The position numbers and the translations under genes were made by a program. From the IMG/VR virus record IMGVR_UViG_3300045988_036168: a stretch of 64,000 nucleotides of DNA. One strand, written 5' to 3'. Source of the stretch: a virus. The notes below the pieces were generated by a model. It saw nothing but the letters and a program-made list of their open reading frames with translations. It did not search any database and was not told the origin of the DNA. Shown one piece after another: positions 58,787 to 64,000 of the stretch (within the stretch, counting starts at the first letter, position 1; each line of letters starts with the position of its first letter).

Positions 58787-58842
58787 ATTATCCATGTGGT
58801 TATCTTATGTGTTAATTATACTTTATTACCTACCTATGTCAA
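58787..58842 (-). promoter_or_regulatory. promoter cassette D: TTGACA-16 bp-TATAAT plus downstream 18-bp operator
   Basis: Minus-strand -35 at 58842-58837 and -10 at 58820-58815; operator ATTATCCA-TG-TGGTTATC at 58787-58804, 10 bp past the -10. Confidence 0.65.
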
Positions 58843-59061
58843 TAGGTTTTTGCATATTTTTACGAATATTTTTACCATATATCATTATATCCGTTTACGC
58901 TTTTGAAACAAATTCAGAACCTTTCTGTACGGCCCGTAGACGGCCTCTGGCGGCGTTTTGGCGGAAGGGGTGAAAGTATATAAGAAAAGACGTAGCGCAT
59001 CGTAGCGGTCTTGTAGGCGAATTTGGCGGTATGCTGGGGCCGTTGCGAAGAGAAACCTCCT

Positions 59062-59109
59062 GAAAACGCAAAAACACCCCCATCCCGGCCGAAGCCGAAA
59101 TGGGGGTGT
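59062..59109 (-). terminator. intrinsic terminator closing the lysis operon
   Basis: 10-bp stem ACACCCCCAT/ATGGGGGTGT (59074-59083 / 59100-59109) with an inner CGGC/GCCG stem, followed on the minus strand by TTTTTGCGTTTTC. Confidence 0.7.
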
Positions 59110-59199
59110 TCAATCTATCCGCTATGCAGTTGTCAGGGCCAGCGAGGGGGCGCAAGCCCTCTGCATGGCGGGCGTATCGGGCCGGAGGTCGAAGCCCGT

Positions 59200-59697
59200 T
59201 TACGCTTTCTTCAGGACAGCCTCCATGATGGCTCGCAGGATTTCGTCCTTGCGGGTCAGACCGTCCAGCTCAATGCCGTATTCCTCCGCTTTCTTTTTCA
59301 GCTCGGGAACGGTCAGCTTGAGCAGCTCGATTGCGAGGTCAGCGGCGGCTACCGCCACATCGGTTTTCACCTCTTCGGGCGTCTTGACCACGCCTGCCTC
59401 GCTGTTCGCCTTGTATTCGTCGGCATACTTCCGCATCCAGTCGAAAATCGTCTGGGCGATGCTCTGAAGGCGCTCGGGGGTGAAGATTTTCTTCAGAGGG
59501 GCCGGGATCTTGAGATACAGGCCGTTGACGACCTGAGACATCTTTTCCGCGCCGGTCAGACCGGACGCCTCAGCCAGTGCAATGAGTTCGCTCACCGCAC
59601 CGAGGACGTTGCCTCTGACCTTGAAGAAAAGCATGAAGCCGTAGGTGATCGCACAGATGGCGACCACAATGATTTCGAGTACGCTGAGAAAATCCAT
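59200..59697 (-). CDS. membrane-anchored lysis-cassette protein (LL-H-holin-like N-terminus, HeH/Rho-N-like C-terminus)
   Basis: N-terminal TM segment FLSVLEIIVVAICAITYGFMLFF; C-terminal LTVPELKKKAEEYGIELDGLTRKDEILRAIMEAV helix-extension-helix motif. Confidence 0.45.
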   Translation of the reverse strand: MDFLSVLEIIVVAICAITYGFMLFFKVRGNVLGAVSELIALAEASGLTGAEKMSQVVNGLYLKIPAPLKKIFTPERLQSIAQTIFDWMRKYADEYKANSEAGVVKTPEEVKTDVAVAAADLAIELLKLTVPELKKKAEEYGIELDGLTRKDEILRAIMEAVLKKA

Positions 59698-59731
59698 TGC
59701 ATTTTCCTCCTGACTTGCGGCTCAGGGCCGC

Positions 59732-59905
59732 TTAATATTGTTCCTGCTTCGGGTGCCGCTGGTCATACTCTGGACACGGAAAAGGCTCCGTGTCGTGGCA
59801 TTTCTCGCAACACTCTTCGCAGGTGGGACCGTATTTCTGGTTGTAGATGCACGGCTTGACCTCTACGATCTCTTTTCCGCAGACCGCGCATCTCAGGGTG
59901 CTCAC
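59732..59905 (-). CDS. small Cys-rich protein (57 aa)
   Basis: Not in the ORF track. GTG at 59905 overlaps the endolysin stop (GTGA). STLRCAVCGKEIVEVKPCIYNQKYGPTCEECCEKCHDTEPFPCPEY...; no SD sequence. Confidence 0.4.
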   Translation of the reverse strand: MSTLRCAVCGKEIVEVKPCIYNQKYGPTCEECCEKCHDTEPFPCPEYDQRHPKQEQY

Positions 59906-61407
59906 GACGGCAGCTTGAGCTTCTGGCCGGGACGGATCACGGTCGAACTCAAGCCGTTCAGCGTCATGATTTCCTTGTAGCGGTTGCCATTGCCGAGACG
60001 CTTCTGGGCGATGCCCCAGAGAGAGTCGCCGGCGACCACCGTATAGACCGACTGCTCCGCGCCAGAGTCGGTGCCGATGTCGGCAGCATTGACCCAGCCG
60101 TAGACGGTGCAGCCGCCGCCCTGATTGACAAGATGGTACGGATGCTTTGCTCCCTTCGCAATGCTTGTTACCTTCGCCTTGCCAGGTTTGCAGGGCACTC
60201 CGTTCATCGCCTGACTGCTGACGTAGTGCGTCTTGCCGTTGAACTGGACGATGTCACCGATCTTGTAGTCTGCGCCGCTTGTCTGACCGCCGGCGCTTGG
60301 CTTCGTCGGCGTGACGGGCGTGGTCGTTCCAGCGCCGTCGTACTTCGGGCGGCCATAGCCGACGATCTTCGCGCTGTTCAGCGCATAGCTGCGACGCGCA
60401 CACTTGTTGCTGGTATTGCCCTCGATTGTGTAGACCTTCGAGGAATCTGCCTTCTCCACGAGGCCGGTGTGGGTGCAGTTGTCAATCGACGTTCCGAAGA
60501 AAATCTGATCGCCCACCTGCGGGTTGGACGTGAAGAACTGCCCCTTCTGCTTGTAATACTTCGCAGACCAAGTGCAGCCAGCGCCGCAGGAGCGCTCGGG
60601 CTGGCAGAGCAGCCGCAGGGCGTTCTCATAGCCAAACGCGGTCACGAAGCACCAGTCCACGAACATATCGCACCATTCGTAGCCGTTCTTCTTGCCGTTG
60701 TACCACTTCGGGTACTTCTCGTCGAAGTCTCTGGCGTATTTTGTCCAGTTCGCACGACCGGGGTTGGCGGTCTTACTGTCGAGCTGACTGTTGGACGCCT
60801 TTTCGACATAGCCGAGTTCGCCGATTGCGACGGCGATCACGGCGGAAGCGTAGCATTTGCTCACTCCAGACACTCCTTTCTGGGCCGTGGAGTCGGTGGC
60901 GTACTTGTCGTAGAACTTCTTGCCAAACCCAGCGCGGCGGGCCTTCGCCGCATCGCTTTGGTCTGCCGGTCGCTCGAAGTTCAGCAGGACGCTATCGGAT
61001 GCAGCCCGCACGGTCTTCGCCGTTTTCAGTGTCGAGATGACGACCGTGTAGCCTTGCAGCTCGTTCCAGAGGAAATCGAGCTGCATCTCCAAGTCGCCGA
61101 TGCTCTTGCCCTTCTTCTTGGCAAAGTCGAGCAGGTTCTTCTTCCGACTCCAATATGTCCACTGCGCCAGACCGTAGCCGGCGCTATCTTTCACGAAGTT
61201 CTGGTACGTCCCGTTGTCCACCGCAGCCGTGTAGGCGGCGTCGGTGAAGCTGAGGGCCTTCTCGTAGCTGTTTTGCAGGTTGGTGGGAATCAGGCAGCTT
61301 TCCGCATACAAGTTCCCCATCAGACCGGCAATCCCGCAATCGGGTAGTCCCTTGGCTTTCAGGTAGTTCCAGATCTTCTCTTCATTTGTGCTTCCAATCA
61401 GCGACAT
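59902..61407 (-). CDS. multidomain endolysin (lysozyme-like + CHAP + SH3-like + LysM)
   Basis: N-terminal GIAGLMGNLYAESC...GYGLAQWT, a phage-tail-lysozyme-like domain. CHAP Cys/His region (YEWCDMFVDW ... CTHTGLVE). C-terminal LysM YTVVAGDSLWGIAQKRLGNGNRYKEIMTLNGL. Confidence 0.8.
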   Translation of the reverse strand: MSLIGSTNEEKIWNYLKAKGLPDCGIAGLMGNLYAESCLIPTNLQNSYEKALSFTDAAYTAAVDNGTYQNFVKDSAGYGLAQWTYWSRKKNLLDFAKKKGKSIGDLEMQLDFLWNELQGYTVVISTLKTAKTVRAASDSVLLNFERPADQSDAAKARRAGFGKKFYDKYATDSTAQKGVSGVSKCYASAVIAVAIGELGYVEKASNSQLDSKTANPGRANWTKYARDFDEKYPKWYNGKKNGYEWCDMFVDWCFVTAFGYENALRLLCQPERSCGAGCTWSAKYYKQKGQFFTSNPQVGDQIFFGTSIDNCTHTGLVEKADSSKVYTIEGNTSNKCARRSYALNSAKIVGYGRPKYDGAGTTTPVTPTKPSAGGQTSGADYKIGDIVQFNGKTHYVSSQAMNGVPCKPGKAKVTSIAKGAKHPYHLVNQGGGCTVYGWVNAADIGTDSGAEQSVYTVVAGDSLWGIAQKRLGNGNRYKEIMTLNGLSSTVIRPGQKLKLPS

Positions 61408-61419
61408 TTCATGTCTCCT

Positions 61420-61866
61420 TTACTGGTCGCGGTTCTTCTGTTCAGCGGTGAACGATGGCTCGAAGTCCTGCGCGGGCTGCTGTGCCTCGCGCTCCATTCT
61501 CTGCCGGTCTTCCTCCGCCCATTTCCGATCCTGCTGCTTGTCTTTGGTGGTCTTGATCCAACCCATGACGCCGCACTCGCCGCCGAGCAGCGCGAACACA
61601 CACTGGCACAACGTATCAGGAATACCGCCAGTCGTTTCGTACAGCGTGAGCATACGGTGCGTAAACCAGACGAGCGACACGCCGATGATGACCAGAATCA
61701 AGTCCATCGTTTTGATGCCTTTCTTCTTGCCGGTCGCCTGCGGCTCGGTGCAACGCCGCGCCGTGCGATTGCGAATGCGCGACGCGATGTTGCTCACCAG
61801 CCACGAAATGACGACGCCAAGCAGGAAGCCGGCGGCGCAGAACAGGACGATGTTCAGGGCGCTCAT
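61420..61866 (-). CDS. putative holin (three hydrophobic segments)
   Basis: TM-like LNIVLFCAAGFLLGVVISWLV, MDLILVIIGVSLVWF and CQCVFALLGGECGVMGWI, then a charged tail; sits directly upstream of the endolysin. Confidence 0.55.
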   Translation of the reverse strand: MSALNIVLFCAAGFLLGVVISWLVSNIASRIRNRTARRCTEPQATGKKKGIKTMDLILVIIGVSLVWFTHRMLTLYETTGGIPDTLCQCVFALLGGECGVMGWIKTTKDKQQDRKWAEEDRQRMEREAQQPAQDFEPSFTAEQKNRDQ

Positions 61867-61878
61867 GCAACCGCCTCC

Positions 61879-62301
61879 TTACTTTTTCAGTGGCAGAGCA
61901 TCGACGCCCTCAACGATAATGTCGGCATCTCCGTTTCCACCGAGTCCCTTGTGGTAGCAGTCGTGCATGGCATGGAAGCGGCGTCTGTCGTCGTAGGAAA
62001 TCTCCCCCTTGGCGATGTATCCCTGCCCAAGATAAAGCACCCTGTCGAGCAGGATCTGTTTCAGTGCCTCAGACTGTGCGGCGTCGCTGCTGCGGAGGCT
62101 CTTGATGTCCTCCTGCAGACCGGCGATCGTCTTTGCCAGTTCAGCGGTCTTATCCGCTTTCTCCTCCTCGCGGTCTTCCTTCGCCGCCTTCCGTCCAGCT
62201 TTGAACTTCCACCGTTCGTTGATGCCGTTGATAACGGCTGCTCCCGCCGCACCGCCAGCCACAGCCAGCAGCACGGCGGTCAAGATTTCTCCGATATTCA
62301 T
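61879..62301 (-). CDS. N-terminally anchored coiled-coil protein of the lysis cassette
   Basis: ORF track 61879..62382 trimmed to MNIGEILTAVLLAVAGGAAGAAVING... (TM segment) followed by a charged coiled coil. Confidence 0.5.
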   Translation of the reverse strand: MNIGEILTAVLLAVAGGAAGAAVINGINERWKFKAGRKAAKEDREEEKADKTAELAKTIAGLQEDIKSLRSSDAAQSEALKQILLDRVLYLGQGYIAKGEISYDDRRRFHAMHDCYHKGLGGNGDADIIVEGVDALPLKK

Positions 62302-62445
62302 ACTCTCGTACCTCTCTTCAACAGTTTTTTGGTTGGACTCGCTCTCTGCCGTTGAACCGGGAAACTGCATGGCGAGAGGCATCCAGATTTATTTGTGATG
62401 TAATACGGGGGCCAGCCGCATCGGCCAGCCCCCGCCGCCCGGAGA

Positions 62446-62562
62446 TTAGATCTCGACCTCGCAGTCCTTCAGGATCTCCTCGACCTGCTTACGCAGCAGA
62501 GGGGGGACCTGATCGATGGTCTTCTTGCCCTTGATAATCAGGGTAGCGTACACAACAGCCAT
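62446..62562 (-). CDS. small phage protein (38 aa), tandem paralog
   Basis: Not in the ORF track. MAVVYATLIIKGKKTIDQVPPLLRKQVEEILKDCEVEI after AAAGGAGGAAAAAG; this YATLI.KG.KT.D.VP pattern is common in Clostridia phage tail/lysis regions. Confidence 0.55.
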   Translation of the reverse strand: MAVVYATLIIKGKKTIDQVPPLLRKQVEEILKDCEVEI

Positions 62563-62615
62563 TTCTTTTTCCTCCTTTCTCAGTAAGATTTTTAGACAAA
62601 ACTCACGGAGAACGC

Positions 62616-62726
62616 TCATACGGCGCCCTCTGCGAGCAGAGCCTCCACGGCAGCCCGCAGCTTCGGCGGGACATCCTCGACGGTCTTTTCGCCCTTACGA
62701 ATCAGGGTCGCGTAAATTCTTTCCAT
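62616..62726 (-). CDS. small phage protein (36 aa), tandem paralog
   Basis: Not in the ORF track. MERIYATLIRKGEKTVEDVPPKLRAAVEALLAEGAV after GGAGGGATAAAGCT. Confidence 0.55.
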   Translation of the reverse strand: MERIYATLIRKGEKTVEDVPPKLRAAVEALLAEGAV

Positions 62727-62730
62727 AGCT

Positions 62731-63312
62731 TTATCCCTCCGTAGCCGAAGTCACTGCGATGACCTGCTCGTAGACATCGCACAATGCCATCTGAGTTTCA
62801 GTCATCTGCTTCTCCAGAGACGAGATCTTATCCGCAAACGCACCGTCGCTGACCGCAGCGGTGATGCTGGTGAGCTGTGCCGTCGCGGCATCGAGGATCG
62901 TCTTCATCTGCGCGGTCAGGTCTTCCGGCAGATTGTCACCATACTGGATGGCGCCAATGACGGCGTTGTCCGTCTCGCGCTTAATCCACTTCTTCAGGAG
63001 GTTGCAGTAGGTCGTGTGCTTCGTGACGTAGTTCTTATAGGCTGCGTACAGCACAACGACATCGGCGGCAGAGTAGGTCTTGACCTCCCCACCGTCGCAA
63101 TGGTACTGCTGCTCCTTCGCGCCGAGCGTGACGGCGGTAAACATGGATTCGATATTCGCCTGATCGTGCGTCTCCAGAGAAAAATGCTCCGTCCCACCGC
63201 TCAGTTCTACGTCGATACCGGCGTAGATCTTCTGCTGGCAGGTTTCGTTCGCCATGCTGATCTGCTTCTCGGACAGCGTCAGCAGGTCATCCTTTCTCCA
63301 TACGAGTCCCAT
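62731..63312 (-). CDS. tail-fibre-associated protein (possibly DUF4376-like)
   Basis: ORF track; sits directly after the tail-fibre-like gene; C-terminal coiled coil. Confidence 0.5.
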   Translation of the reverse strand: MGLVWRKDDLLTLSEKQISMANETCQQKIYAGIDVELSGGTEHFSLETHDQANIESMFTAVTLGAKEQQYHCDGGEVKTYSAADVVVLYAAYKNYVTKHTTYCNLLKKWIKRETDNAVIGAIQYGDNLPEDLTAQMKTILDAATAQLTSITAAVSDGAFADKISSLEKQMTETQMALCDVYEQVIAVTSATEG

Positions 63313-63324
63313 GACTTTCCCTCC

Positions 63325-64000
63325 TTACTGGAACGCGCCACTCACGCCGGAGATATATCCGCCGGCGGACGTGCCGCGCTCCACAGTGATGCGGAAGTTG
63401 AACGCCGCGCCGTTTACCGCGGTCTTATTCTTGAACACGATGTTTGCGCCGCTCTTGGCCTCCGCGGTGACGTCCTGCCACACTGGGCTGGTGTCCTTCG
63501 CGTTGTTGGTTGCCTCGACCTTGTAGACCGCGCCGGCCGGGATCTGCCCCACGACCGACATGACCGCCGCCGTGATGTCGCCGGAAACCGCCAGCGGCGT
63601 CTTCAGCGTGATGGTCGCCTTGTGGACGGCTTTCGTGAAGGTGGCCGTGAAGGTCGCACTCGCCTTTCCATCGCTCACTTCGATGGTGATGGTGTGCGTT
63701 CCGTTGAGAATCTTCTGGAACTCCGCCGCGGTGCTGACGCACTCGAAGGTGAGCTGCGTACCGCTGGTGACATTCGTGCGCGTCTTCTTCACGACACTGT
63801 CCAGCTTTTCCGTGACCGTCAGCTTGTCGCCGTCGGCATCGTTGGGCGTGTACTTGAAGCTGAACGCCGCCGTCTTACTGCCGAGGTTCACGCCACTCGC
63901 ACCGCTGGTACTGGTGATGGTCGGGGGCGTATTCGTGGATACGGTGCCGTCATCAGAGACCAAGAGTGTAGAGGGAAGAACCAAAGCGGGGCGGATGCCG
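63325..64000 (-). CDS. tail fibre / receptor-binding-like protein, 5' end beyond the right edge
   Basis: The ORF-track entry starts at a TTG (63984) but the frame stays open to base 64000 (..GIRPALVLPSTLLVS..). Thr/Ser/Val-rich beta-strand repeats typical of Ig-like tail-fibre domains. Confidence 0.6.
   Translation of the reverse strand, partial: GIRPALVLPSTLLVSDDGTVSTNTPPTITSTSGASGVNLGSKTAAFSFKYTPNDADGDKLTVTEKLDSVVKKTRTNVTSGTQLTFECVSTAAEFQKILNGTHTITIEVSDGKASATFTATFTKAVHKATITLKTPLAVSGDITAAVMSVVGQIPAGAVYKVEATNNAKDTSPVWQDVTAEAKSGANIVFKNKTAVNGAAFNFRITVERGTSAGGYISGVSGAFQ

Larger units (their letters stand above)
1..64000. mobile_element. temperate phage / prophage genome segment; both ends outside the window
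   Basis: Serine integrase plus divergent HTH switch (15.1-18.7 kb); RecT/exonuclease/DnaC-like/SSB/RusA arm (2-14 kb); lysis cassette and tail-fibre-like gene (59-64 kb); ~40 kb of small accessory genes between. About 130 short overlapping ORFs with GGAGG-type RBS and no host-like gene. Confidence 0.85.

Noticed and set aside
58895-59155. ORFs and GC-rich blocks between terminator and promoter in cassettes B (36440-36594) and D (58900-59060). They share short CCCGTA..GGCCT and CGTAGCG strings.
   Set aside because: The ORFs (58895..59155 minus, 59023..59859 plus, 36521..37276 plus) lack an RBS and cross terminators. The similarity between the two blocks is patchy. I saw no tRNA-like or other RNA signature, so I make no call beyond their being part of the repeated intergenic cassette.
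62731-64000. Diversity-generating retroelement near the tail-fibre-like gene
   Set aside because: No reverse transcriptase gene is present anywhere in the window. I also found no template/variable repeat pair with adenine-specific differences.

Overview
The whole 64-kb window looks like temperate-phage DNA. It is high-GC with Firmicutes/Clostridia-style GGAGG ribosome-binding sites. I saw no host gene, rRNA, tRNA, CRISPR array or att junction. About 130 short, tightly packed and often translationally coupled genes lie mostly on the minus strand. Read along the minus strand the order is as follows. A tail-fibre-like gene and lysis cassette sit at 64-59.2 kb. About 40 kb of accessory genes follow (58.8-19 kb), split into operons by a repeated terminator/promoter/operator cassette. 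These include three DNA methyltransferases, a dUTPase/HD/HAD/ATP-grasp/PAPS-reductase-like cluster, HNH and GIY-YIG endonucleases, a MazF-like toxin and many zinc-ribbon proteins. RelB-YafQ-HicB genes come next (19.8-19.0 kb). A plus-strand lysogeny module follows: HTH repressor, unknown 305-aa gene and large serine recombinase (15.5-18.7 kb). A divergent Cro-like switch then leads into a replication/recombination arm (15.3-2.2 kb) with an SLT transglycosylase, PD-(D/E)xK exonuclease, RecT, replisome organizer, DnaC-like loader, RusA, SSB and RtcB. A further promoter cassette and five small genes finish the window. Three observations seem most worth following up. (1) One 18-bp palindromic operator sits in the immunity switch and recurs at conserved promoter cassettes spread over 57 kb. 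(2) A terminator-insulated, opposite-strand HTH plus NucS/DUF91-like PD-(D/E)xK nuclease island sits at 46.5-48.2 kb and is a candidate phage-borne defence module. (3) A candidate ~85-nt antisense RNA faces the leader of a small operon that may encode an antirepressor-like protein. All functional calls rest on motifs read by eye; no database search was run.
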